Positions 12,097 to 24,075 of a stretch of 64,000 bases of DNA are shown in pieces. Both the position numbers and the translations under genes were made by a program. The stretch's first letter is position 1. The number at the start of each line of letters is the position of its first letter. Source of the stretch: Pavona decussata (lineage: Eukaryota); assembly GCA_977016875.1 (NCBI GenBank), contig CDRNST010000119.1:744001-808000 (forward strand), given 5' to 3'. The notes beneath the pieces were generated by a model. It saw only the letters and a program-made list of their open reading frames with translations. It did not search any database and was not told where the DNA came from.

Positions 12097-13900
12097 GCAA
12101 CCAACCTCTGAACTCGATAACCTAAATTACCTGATTGTGGTTGACTATTTCTCTCGCTTTGTAGAAGTAGCTGCATCAAAGAAAACCACACAATCTCACG
12201 AAGTCATGTGAGCGCTAAAGGGTATCTTTGCTAGCAGCCCACATCTAGCCGTACCCAGGGAGCCCACTCGCCTTGGCAGTTTTCAGTGGGGCCCTGCAAA
12301 TTAAAAATACAATAACAAATAAAATTATATAAAAAATTATTCACAATATCAAATGATCACTTGCCATAGGTGTTCACGAAAGGGTGTCGGGATGAGTGGC
12401 TCTGTCCTTTGCTGTCGATGTTTGGCACAGATTTTACAGTTCTTGACCGTGTCCTGGATTTTGCAGCTGAGACCAGGCCACCATACCAAAGTCTTTGCAT
12501 CCTCTTGTGACCTGACTATATCCTGGTTTCCTTCATGTACCTTGTCTAGGACTTGTAGTCTCATTGTTGGCAGTAGCACGATTCTTGGTCCCTTCAGCAA
12601 CACTCCATGGACTACACTGAGCTCTCCTCTGACTGCCCAATAAGGTTTGATTGCATCATGGAGGTGAAACTTGTCTGGCCAGCCTTCCGTGGTGTAAATC
12701 TTTATTTTTTTGCAGACAGGATCTTCATCCTGAGCCTCTTTGATCTCCATCAGCTTGACATCCGACACTAGTAAAGAGTTCAGTACACTATCAACATAGA
12801 TATTCATTTCTTCTTCTGGAACAGTCGCCCGAGTATTTGGGTTATCTGCTTGCATTCTTGATAATCCATCGGCAATGTATACTTCCATCCCAGGTAAATA
12901 ATTTACCTCTTTAAAGTGCAACCACACGAGGCACATTCTTAGTCACTGTTCTTTTTGTGGATCTTCATCCTGGGTATGTGGTGAGAAGTGGCACCAAGGG
13001 CTTATGGTCTGTTTCAGCAATGATGGATTCTCCCACTATGTAATCACTGCACTGCTCACACAACCAGGTGAGGGCTACCGCCTGTATATCTGCATTCCAC
13101 TGGGGTGAGTGCTCGGGATATGAATGTGACGGCTCTCCAGGTGTGGTCATCTTGCTTCTGCAGTAGCACTTCCAATCCGAATGAGGATGCATCGGCTGAG
13201 ATCTTGGTCTACCTGTTAGGATCATAGAGAGAAAGCACTGGTGCCGTTGTCAAGATTGACTTGATTTCTTCAAAGGCTGTTTGCTGAGGTGGTCCTCAGA
13301 CCCACTGTCGGTCCTTCTGCATCAAATCTCGAATAGGCTTTGATTTATCGGTTAGGTGCTCTGCAAACTTGCCCATGTGGCTTACCATTCCTAAGAACAC
13401 ACGGACCTCATGGTCATTCTTGGGTGTTGATAAGTTTCAAACTGCAACTTCTTTGTCAGGATCCACCTTAATGCCATTTGCACTTACAATGTTGTCCAAG
13501 AACTTAATTTTGTCTCTGGGTTTTTGGTGTTTCTTCTTGTGAGGTTTTCCTTTCGCAATGCTATCTACTTTTGCTGATTTGAATTGAAACCCTCCAAGAA
13601 GAATGCCTTGTTGTTGTTTCTCCTTGCCGTGCTAGATTCATAGCCTTTTATAGGGTCAGTTTTGGGTCGAGTTGCAATTTTTCTGAGAGGTCATGGTTTC
13701 GTAGGCCTACGACGATGCCGTTCAGAATCAGTATCTTTGAACGTTCCGAAATTACAGTATCTTGCGAGGCCATACAGGTCTGTGATAAAACTATCCACAG
13801 ATTTACCCTCTTGCTGGTTTTTCGAATTGAATTTCGGTCGTTATGTAGTGTTTTTCAAATTTCAGTTTTACCTCTTCTTAGTTCTTTTCTTCTTCCGTGG
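12094..13900 (-). mobile_element. Second Gypsy fragment (gag, deletion, RT C-terminus/RNase H, integrase) with an inverted integrase piece
   Basis: gag QQEGKSVDSFITDLY..VVGLRNHDLSEKLQLDPKLTL (13530-13900); VRVFLGMV, ISADASS, ETDHKPLV; H2C2 region VHEGNQ..VWWPGL..NCKIC. YLIVVDYFSRF is on the plus strand at 12094-12234. Confidence 0.88.
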
Positions 13901-14062
13901 TGAGATCAAACAACATGAATACATCATCTGCTTTCTCGTCCAGTACCATTGCTTTACAACAAACATTTACTCAGCCATGATTTCAGTTTGGCTCAACCTC
14001 TGAAACAGAGTCTTATTGGCACATTAATGCCCCAGTTTATTGTTAGTTTTTTCTGAGTTAAG

Positions 14063-15590
14063 CTAATCCAAAGACACAAGAGACATTTTCTTCCAGCTAG
14101 TTATCTGTAGCATCAGTTGTTTCCTGTACAGTCGCATGTCCTTGTACTTCCAGGAGAGGTTGTTGACAGTATTTGAACTTTGATCAATTAAGTCTTCAGC
14201 AGCAATAATAACACCAACACCACAGCTCCCTGATCCTTGGCCATACACCGTGGCTGCAACAGTCTGGTTATCCATACCAAATCCCAAAGCACTTGTCGTG
14301 TTTGTCCAGAAAAAACTATGTAGGGATGGCTGCAGAGGGAACATCTTACACAAGCAATCCAGAATCTTTTTTGCACCCTCATCAACAAACATTTCTGGTC
14401 TGCTGTTATAACCATCATTAAAGCAGAATTGTCTTTCCTATTTTCAATGCATGTTTCTCCTTTGAAGTGAGCAGCCATCTTGTTGCTAAGCTGATCACAG
14501 CTTAACTTTTGAAGTCAATTCCATACTTCAAATGGCCAAAAAACAAGGTCCCTGAAACATCCCATTCACGTGCAAGAGCAACATACTTCATGATACAGAC
14601 ATCCATTGTCATGTTGTCAAGATATCTCTCTCCAATCAAATTGGTTAAAGCCTCCGCATCAATCATCTTGATTCCCTCCTTACCAATCACCTCATTTGGA
14701 GGTTTGTGCCAAAGAAACCTGGCTATCTGACTTATCTCAGTGTCTGAAAAGCCATCAACTTGGTCCAACCAATGAATCTCCTTTCTGATGTCATGTTTCA
14801 ATGCAGATATGCTGCAAAACTTCCTGAGGTAGTAAAGCCCTTCTTCACTGAAGACACTAAGACCTTCAATCTCAACACCAGCTGGTTGTTGGCCTTGGGG
14901 TCCAATAGCATTTATGCAAGCTTCTGCTTCTATTACTGTGGTTTTGGAAGGCCTTTTATGAAGTGAAAAGGGGTCAGAAAGTGATTCCTTTGCCGGGCAC
15001 TTGAAGAGAGGCTGAATAGTGGGTACACTGTTCATCACAGGAGGTGTGCAGAGGGCTACACGTTCACTTCGACTGGTATTGAAATTTAGAAGTTGACTTG
15101 TGGGTTCTATGGATGATGAAAGATTTGGTCGAACCGCATGGTAATCAGTGGATGGTTGATTCTGTTCCACTTCATTTGCCTGACTTTCATTGCTGTCAAC
15201 TTCAATGGCGGGGTGAGATACACATTCTTCTACTTTCAGAGAATCTTCCTCCAAGGGCAAAATGTCTTCAAGAAGGTCAGTGCAAGAAGGACTATCCTTC
15301 CTTGCAGGCTGGTTACTGCTAACCCGCTTGAGCCATTTTGATAGTGTTACTGACAAAGCAGATTGGCAAGTCTCTTCATAAGAAGCCTCCCAGGCATGGT
15401 CATAACTGAAGGACTTCCTAGGGTCTGTAGTATCGGATACTGTTGTTCCATGGTCAGGGCTGTATTGGTAGTCAAGGTAGCCCAAATAGTTTGGTGAAGA
15501 GATCTACCATAACATTAATCCAGACACTCTCCTCTTGCAACCAAGGGATAGTCTTTGCTTTTCAGCCACACCCTCAAAAATGAAAATTTC
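14063..15590 (-). pseudogene. Ulp1/C48-like cysteine protease gene relic, probably transposon cargo
   Basis: ORF 14502-15485 ends in ALTNLIGERYLDNMTMD; frameshifted continuation has FNDG and NQ..GSGSCGVGVIIAA (oxyanion Gln and catalytic Cys pattern). The catalytic His segment is not seen. Confidence 0.55.
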
Positions 15591-16189
15591 TTCCGCCTTT
15601 CAAAAATAGTCAAAATTAAATAAATATTGTTGATTAGTGTTGAATACATGTATTTACTTGGAGTGTTAAAATTTACTTGGAGCCATTTAATATCATAAAC
15701 CAAGAAGTGAATCTCACAAAATGTCATTGCATTGCAACACTGATTTGCTTGCACAAATTGGTGTCTAATCCAAAAAGCCTCTCAGAATGCCTGTGTGTAA
15801 GGATTTGAATATGTAAGGGCAAAACAAAATTGCTATTAGTGAATAAAATCAGTGTACAATTAAAATAGAGGGCAGAATGTTCAACTGAACGATGAAAGAA
15901 TATTGGTAACATAAAAAAGGCAAGATAAAAAGCAACTGCATTATTTGGAATGACGTCTCAGCTAATCAGCTTCAACTGGCTGGAGAAAAAGAACCATAAA
16001 TTTCACTTCTTTTGAAGCATGCAATCTAATCATACTCGCCCTAACACAGACAAGTTCCAAATTGACACAGTGGCATGCACGGGAGAGACATGAGAGACAT
16101 GCGCGGGCCTGAACGGGGTGGAAGTGTGTTTTAAGGGGAGCGCTTCTACCCTTCCTCTTTCGGTGGTTATCGATCAAATAAGAGGGAAT

Positions 16190-17820
16190 TTCGCATCTCA
16201 AAATCAGTGTTCGGATGTCACCTGGTAGGAAAAACAAAAGGGGTGACCGTGGATCTACTGAAGAGTCCCATGAAAAATCGACTGCCAAGAGATACAACAT
16301 GGCAGATAAAGGTGCCATTGAAGAAAAGAACTCAGATGACACCTCTTCAAGCGAACAAAAAGAGCCAAACCTACAGGAAATCAAAGCAATGTTAGTCGAC
16401 ATTCAGACTTCACTATCTTCCATACTGCTCGAGAACAAACAGTTCAAGAAAGAATTAGATGAACTGAAAGCTTCCCTTCAACTCAGCGGTAAAGAGCTCC
16501 GTGACACGAAGACCAAACTTGACGAAGCAGCCAAAGTTAACATCAAATTAGAAAAAGCATTGCATGTAATGGCGACTTCGCTTCAGTCTGCCAGGAAGGA
16601 TTTACAACAACAGACCGAAGAGGTAAATTATTTAAACGAGTCTGTGGATAATCTCGAACAGTACACTCGTAAAAACAGCCTCGAATTTCATGGAGTCCCC
16701 GAAAACTCGTATGATTCAACAGAAGAAGCCATCCTAAAGATCGCAGCTGCTCTTGAAGTCCAAGTTACCCCAAGCGACATCGAAATTTCACGCAAACTGA
16801 AACGTAAGAACGACAGCTGCGTCATAATTGCAAAATTTTGTAGCCATTAAGTGAAAACCAGCTTTTACAAAGCACGGATAAAACTTAAAAACATCAAAAC
16901 AACCGATTTGTTCCCGTGTCAGTTTGCTTCGGCTGTAGGATCGAAAGACCGGCTATTCATCAACGAGAATTTAACCAAGTATAGGAAAAGTCTGGTCAAC
17001 TCAGCAAACCAAAGATGAAGAGACGGATGCATAACAAGTGTGTGGACAATGGACGGTAAAGTTTATGTTAAGACTTCCCCGGACGGGAATCCTATCAGAA
17101 TCCATTCAGAAAGGGTAAAAGAGGGTAAAAATGAATTCACAAGAGGCCTAGGCTTATGGAAATTTAACAACACCTTACTAGAAGATGAAAGTTATAAAGA
17201 TCTCATTGAGTTTTACTATCCACAAATTCTGAATAAATACTCCGAAGTTACAGATAAACAACTCCTGTGGGAATTACTAAAAATGGAGTTACGTGGCAAA
17301 ACTAATAAATTCTCAAAACAAAAGAGATTTAGATCATAAAATTTGTAATAGCGATGCTTTTGATCAGGAGATCTTGGAAAAATATGAAGCTGCTAAAGAA
17401 GAACTCAAACATATACATGAAGTTAGGGGAAAAGAAGCTATGTTCAGATCAAAGATGAAATGGTTCTAGCTAGGTGAAAAGCCAACTAAGTACTTCTTTA
17501 ATCTGGAAAAAAATAACTACGAGAAAAAATTAATCCGAGAAGTTGAATTCTAAAACGGCGAGATAATTTCAGACCCCGTACAAGTTTTTTATCAGAATAT
17601 GTACACTTATAAAACTAATGGCAATAACAACACCTCCGCATATGAACACAATCAAAAGATTGACGGCTTTACGGAGGGTTTAAACATTCCACAATTAAAG
17701 GAGGATGAACAGGAATCCTTAGAAAAGGATTTGACCTTGGAAGAACTAAAAAATGCTCTAGCATCTTTTGCAGACAATAAATCTCCAGGAGAAGATGGAT
17801 TCACAAAAGAATTTTACCTT
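16190..17820 (+). mobile_element. L1/Tx1-like LINE relic: ORF1 joined to post-endonuclease ORF2, 3'-truncated
   Basis: ORF1 coiled coil, NLEQYTRKNSLEFHGVPE, IIAKF, FINENLT, WTMDGKVYVK; then RGLGLWKFNNTLL, WELLKMELR, EKPTKYFFNLEK, NKSPGEDGFTKEFY. Confidence 0.85.
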
Positions 17821-19113
17821 GTCTTACTTGTCACACTACGTGAGTGGTGTGACGGAAGTTGAGGAGCTAGTGCATTCGTCTGCGCCACAAATCCCACCGA
17901 CAATAGTAAAAAACGAACAAGACATCGTTGTTCTGTATGTCTGTGAACTTGCCCAACAATAAACTCTGGTTTTAATGCCTCAGAGATATGGATAAGTAGA
18001 ATTGTTTATTTAGAGAACGATGCAATATTTGATTTTCGTGGGAACAGTTAAGGCCGATTGGCTATCGAAGGATGATAAAGCTTCTCTTCCTTAATATAGT
18101 TAATTTTAATTGTTCCAGGTAGTATTACTATCAAGTTATTTTCTATTTCTTCAGCAACTTAACCGGGAAATCTGTCACGTCGTTAAGTAAGATATTTTAA
18201 AGTATGACTTATTTTAAATCAAGGGATGTAAATATCTGTTTGTTATTGTGGCTGTCGCTCGTGCGTGACATTGCAGATCAGGGAGCAAGTGAGATTTAAT
18301 TTTATCTCGTGGTAATTTTGGTGTTTGTCTGTTTGTTGTACCTGTGTAGACAATATTTAACATCAATATATTTTTTTAAAACGTTTTAAGCGTTGAAAAT
18401 AGTTTAAAGCCTTTTTTATACAAACTTTGGCCAAGGAGTTAATTTATTCTATTATGCCTTGTTATGTAGAGTTGTAGATTTCAATGGCGCTGAATTGTAA
18501 TTTTGTCAAACTTTGATCGGCGTGCATGCAAAAGTTCAGCTAGATCCTAAAGATTTGAAGCCGCACTTCTAAAAATCAATGACTGAACTCTCTTTTTTCA
18601 AAGTTTCAGAGGATTTGAGTCACTACCGGTCAGCTGAATTTGGATTATTTTAGACTTTTACATGATAGAGAAAAGTGTGTCTACTTCATCCGAGCTCAGT
18701 TCACTCACAAACGAGCAGACATGAAAATAATTGCTATATTTTGACTGAGGAAGAATCATTGTGTTAAATTATAGTGAAGAAAGTTTTGCAGCTATGTAAA
18801 TGTCTGTTTAGGGAGAAGCTGAAAAGTGTAAAAATTCGAGTTCTGGGGTGGTGAAATCCGAGCTTCGGGTTGGGTGATCGTTTTTCATGGTAAAAACTTG
18901 TAAAGCTAACAGATTTGAAAAAGGCGGAGCTATGAGGGTTATGAATTATACACTTTCAATTAATTTTACAAAGTCAAAATGGGTACTGGTAGCTGACTGA
19001 TTGTGATTTTCTTGGACAGGACTGTCTTCACTAGAATAATGGGTAGCAGAGGCACGAACACTGATGAGAAAGGAAATCAGCTCCAAATTTATGAAGATGA
19101 CATTAACACTTAA

Positions 19114-20134
19114 GGATGGTGTCTACAATTGTTACTGCCCATATGTTCTGCGCATCTCGAGATACTCGGGTTTCCTATGGGTGGTGCCTGCTAATTCCTC
19201 GCGAAGTGAGGGCCGAAGGCCTGAGCGTAGCGAGGTTAATAAATTTGTCGGGCCGAGCCGGCCCAAGCGGAGCTAAGCCGCGCAAATTCGAGTGAAAAAT
19301 ATATTTATATATATATGTATGTTTATATATATCTTTGAAGGTGTCCGCACTGTCGCCTGGCACCAGTGAAAAACAAAGTATGAATGACATCAGACTGTCT
19401 GGCGTCGTCTGGAGCAAAATTTGCATACATCGGAAAAAATATGCGTGCATGATCAAATTTCAACTGCAATGTTCATCAATATTCACTGGATACAAACCAT
19501 CTCTCCAGAATCTTTGCCCTTTCTTTTAGAAATCTTTTTTGTGAAATATTGCATTGAAGAAGTTACATGTTTTGTGGAAGGGGTAAAATAATTTTCTGTG
19601 GGAAATAAATTCATCGAACACGACAGCGCTGCATGCCCGTTGTACATTACGTCCAGCGTCAGAAATAGATTTTCAACCGCAAACTAGCCTGTGGGACTAC
19701 GAAAAGACCATGCTCATCCAAAAAAAAAATCTTATACCCCTTTTTATCTCCTCATTTGATGCTACAATACGAGTAAAGAGGGCTTTCCATCCAGCCCCAG
19801 CAGTTTTGCGAGTCACGTATTTCTAGTACAGGAATATTTTTGTGCGGTTTAAACCTATACGGAGAAAACAAAACGTAGCATGTGCTCTTGGGATCCCAAA
19901 AGAAAATTGGGAATAACCATGCATTTTTCAGAGATAATTAAGCTTCAATTTAGAAAAAATTCCATCCATTGCTTTATATTTTGGCACTTTTTAGAAATAT
20001 TGTTGCTTAATTATCTCTGAAAAATGGGTGGTTACCCTCAAGTTTATTTTTGGATTCCAATAGGCCTTGCTAAGATCTTCTGTTACTGAACAGTCATAGA
20101 CCGCACAAAAATACATTATCGTTAGGCACCGCCC
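19114..20134. mobile_element. Non-autonomous TTAA-target (Kolobok-type) MITE
   Basis: TTAA|GGATGGTGTCTAC ... TAGGCACCGCCC|TTAA, with long internal inverted arms. Confidence 0.8.
19195..19826 (+). mobile_element. Non-autonomous Helitron/Helentron-like element nested in the MITE
   Basis: Inserted between A and T with no TSD; ends CTAG after a degenerate hairpin (CCAGCAGTTTTGCGAG); GC-rich 5' palindromes and a TA-rich microsatellite. Removing it restores symmetry with the MITE right arm. Confidence 0.7.
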
Positions 20135-20170
20135 TTAACTGATATGAAAATGCAAACATTTCCAGATTAC

Positions 20171-22080
20171 CTGCTTGATGATAACTGTAGCCGACTAGGA
20201 TTGTCTTCATCATGGGAATGGCTAGCAGAAAGACTAAAGAGAAAGGAAATAACATAACACTCAACAAACTGGTCAACATATAAATAAAAGAAACTCCTCT
20301 CAAAAACAAATGAAAATACTAGTTAACTAATGTTACAAGTATTGCAAAAAAATGCCTGACAATATACCTGGTTGAAGGTAACTGTTGCTGCACAAAATAG
20401 TTGCAGGCTTGGTTAGGCAAATGGATGACTATTAGCAGAGAAAGGAAACAAACTCCAATCAAAAGAGATGATAATACTCATTAATTAACTAATATTGCGT
20501 GTAATTACGACAAAATACCAAAGTACGTATAACCTAGTCAATGATGGTGATTGTTGCTGCACAACACGTAGCTGATTGACTTGAATAGAGAAATGGCTGT
20601 CACTGAAGAATGGGAAAATAGTTGGCATTATCAAACAAAGTTACAGGCATTGATGACTCATGTAATTATACTACAATAACTCAGAACTTGGGTAATAATA
20701 AAATAGTACCAGTCTACATATATTAACATTAATTTTTTGAAATAGGGAATACTATGTGAAATTATTCACTTCAGTCGCTGGCCACAACATAGCAAGAAAA
20801 GGATTTTAGTAAGTTTTGTATTTTCAAAGTTAGAATGACCAGAATCAGTTATTGCCAAGTCTACGTGGACCTTGGAAAAGAATATGAATTTCTTTCTATC
20901 TTAACCATTTCTGATTCAAATCACTCATCGACAGGCTCTGTGCACTAAAGTGGTCATATAAAATAAACTTTCCTCAGTATGTTGGTGTCTCACCCAGTCT
21001 CTTTAATGCCATTATTTTGTTTTGCAATTTTGGACCCACAGTATTTAGGCTTCAAAATAATAGGTGTGTGAAGTGGTCCTTATTCTATAGCCCATTAATT
21101 TTTAGTAAATGTACAATCCGTAATTTTAAAGCAGAATACTAGCATTGAGTCTCGTTCAGGTTGACTTTCTGGGAATATGTTTCCTCCATCAGCAAACCAT
21201 CCACACAAGTCTGCACTTGTGTCTACTGCTTGTCCAAACCCACAAAATTCAATTTAATCAGAAGTCAACAGCGATGGGGTTCCTTCTGGAGACTCAATCA
21301 TAGTCAATGTATTCTTGTCATGCAATTCACTGCTTGGAGGTAGCACAGTCCCTAGTGGATCATTTAATGTGAAGTGTTCTGGTTCGGTACTTAAAGATCC
21401 AGCCCAGTCATAAACGGAGTACATCAAGGTATGGATCGGAAATTTTCTTGACTGTAGACCCAGTGATGGGTGTTTAATCTTCACAGTTACAAAACTGCTG
21501 TTGGGTTCACGCAGTACCCTCTGAATTCTTGCTCTTTGAAGTCTTTCTTTACGCTTTTCCTCCTGACTCTTAAATTCTAGCTCAGCTTTTTTCTTCCGAT
21601 CCATTTGCAAAGAGATTTCATATGCCTCATCCTGTTTTTGTAGGAGAGCCTTTCTATCTTCTGATGAATCAATTAATGAGATGGCATGTCATCATCAATG
21701 ATAAAGGCTGATTGATTTAGTTCAACATCACTGTCATGATCTGTGAATAGTCTCTTGGATTGCAAGTAAAGTCTTACTGTCTTTATCTTGTGTGCTTCCA
21801 TGTAGTTGTTCATATTAAAAGGTACTACACAGTCCCCAACAGTGATTGTTTCACCAAACTTTTCATCTTTAAAGTTGGTCAACTTCATGACCATGTCATC
21901 AGCTTTTCCAAACAATGATTCTCCATTAGGGAAGAAACGATTTTTGCAAGTTAGATACAAGTCAACTTTACTTGAGGTAACGGGCACATCAACTGTTCGA
22001 ACGGCCTCCTCCCTTTGATAAGGGGACAAGGAAATATGCATCATCTTCTTCGCTAAAGTGCTTCCAGCCAAGGTGTACTA
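20171..22080 (-). pseudogene. Relic of a UBX-like/ubiquitin-system gene with duplicated mini-exons, 5'-truncated by BEL
   Basis: VHLGWKHF..LSKGGG-RTVDVP..FFPNGES (resembles the N-terminal module of G2E3/HECT-like invertebrate proteins); QDEAYEISLQMDRKK..RKF..SVYDW (FAF1-type coiled coil plus UBX); mini-exons at 20171-20233, about 20368-20428 and 20534-20602. Confidence 0.55.
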
Positions 22081-24071
22081 CTTATCACGGTGACATTCCT
22101 GAAACTCCTTTCAAGTTCTTCCCACAACTCTTTTAGTAACGCAACGGGTTCGCGCATTTGCCGCTTCCGGTAGTTATCAACGAGGCGTTGTGGCCTTCCG
22201 CTAGTAAAGCTTCTTAAATAGTTTATCTCCTGAGTTGGGGATATATCAGCGTCTAACAGCATAGCTTTGAAGGCGATTTTCCAGGGATGGAAGAGGATAA
22301 GGTCCCCAGAGAATATGTCGGGCTGGCATTTTGGGAGATTATGTCTCGCTAGCCTGGCAACTATCTTTTGATTTGCGACTGCAAGCGAATCTATCAGCTG
22401 ACTTCCGGTGATATCTTTCAAAGGGGTCGAAGATATAAGTGGTTGCCGATTAAAAATGGTATTTTGTAGCACTGCACGATTCTCATCTGTGGATTGCTGC
22501 TGAGGTAGATCCAGGTTTAGGACGTGAAATTCAGGGAGGAGGTCCGTTTTCTGATTTTCTTTCTTTGGGGGTGGGGTGCAATGGAAGCTTTATTTGTTGT
22601 GGCGTGCCTAGCGGCTCGTGATTTCGCTCGAAACATGATACCTTTCCCGTGGGTAGTGGGTTGGAATGTACCCACTGGGAAGTCCTCTCCTCTGCTTTAA
22701 TTTTGGGAACTTCTAACTAATAGTTATAACAATCTTTTAATAGGATGCTCCATCACAAGAGTGGTTTACATAGAGGTCCTATTACTAGTTGTATATTATA
22801 TGATGCAATTAAAATATAAAAAATTTAAGCTAAAATCGACATATATGATACAATTAAAATATAAAAAATTTAAGCTAAAATTGAGATATAAAAATAATTA
22901 CAACATACACACTGCAAGGATTAAAAACAAATACTTAATTATAAAAAGCAGAAAAAAGAGACTTCTTAAAAATTGGAAAACTTGCCGAGTTTCTTATCAC
23001 GGTGACGCTCCTGAAACTCCTTTCTAGTTCTTCCCACAACTCTTTTAAGAACGCAACGGGGTCGGGCATTTGCCGCTTCCGGTAGTTATCAACGAGGCGT
23101 TGTGGCCTTCTGCTAGTAAAGCTTCTTAAATAGTTTATCTCCTGAGTTGGGGATACATCAGCGTCTAACAGCATAGCTTTGAAGGCGTTCTGGTTAATTC
23201 AAAATCTTTTTCAAGTTCTTCTTCTAGAAGAGCTTCCTCGAAAACGTTAACTTAAGCGTTCACCATCGCAGTCTTTTTGTCTGCTCCTAGAATCGTGATC
23301 TCCTTTTCAAACTGCGCTATCTCCTGTTGTCGAATTTTCTGCGCTTCTGCTTTGCGTGTCCTGCGCTCAAGTTCTTTAGCCGCATGTATTGAGCTTCTTC
23401 TCTTGCCGCTTTAGCTTCGGCTAGCGCTTGCAATCTAGCGGTAGTGCTGCTAGTTTTGGAGGCTGATGAATGGCGCGAGGAATGACGAGAACACACAGAT
23501 CTTGTCTCCAACAATTTGTTGGATTGTCTAGTAATTCTATTCTTTAGACTGTCTAAAAGTAAAGGAGCTTGCTTAAGGGTCTCGTTCTCTTCACTAAGTT
23601 GAGCCTCTTCTAAGTAATCGCCACGTGAATCTTGTTCGTACAAGCCAATTAGCTCCTGCAACAATCTTCCGAACTCCTCCCAGGCAAGCCTAAGGTCACG
23701 CGCTACAGTATCAATATGGCTGTCATCACTTAGCCCTTCTACTTATTGCATAACACTAAGGAGCCTTTTACGCGATCTAAGAATTTGCCTCCGTTTAAGT
23801 TCTACAGCGCTTTGTAGAGCCTTTTGTGTGTGTCTCATCTGCCTTTTCCTCCTGACTCCGCTCTCCATTGCTCCTTCTTTGTTAAGCCATTCTTTTCCTG
23901 GGCTCGTCATTCTCGATGGCTCCGGGTTTAAAGTATGATACCGCTTACCTCCATTCGTTGACTTTTTACTGTTGCGTACCCAGTGCAGCGCAGACGGGGT
24001 GTTGTGCACTGGAGATCGGGAAGTGTCAACCACAGCATAAAATTCAACAGCACAAGTTGACTCAACGGCAT
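22081..24071 (-). mobile_element. BEL/Pao LTR retrotransposon gag, rearranged
   Basis: SRHSSASKTSSTTARLQALAEAKAA; LPKCQPDIFSGD..FHPWKIAF..EINYLRSFTSG..WEELERSF. The LTR ends ...GCAACA at 23970 and is followed by GTAAAAAG. Confidence 0.85.
22715..22997 (-). mobile_element. 3' end of an L2/CR1 LINE inserted in BEL gag
   Basis: IRNSASFPIFKKSL* LINE C-terminus followed by an AT-rich 3' UTR. Confidence 0.6.
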
Positions 24072-24075
24072 TTAA

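Noticed and set aside
17820-18330. Possible DIRS/tyrosine-recombinase element end
   Set aside because: Only a vague resemblance; no catalytic motif or split repeat could be shown.
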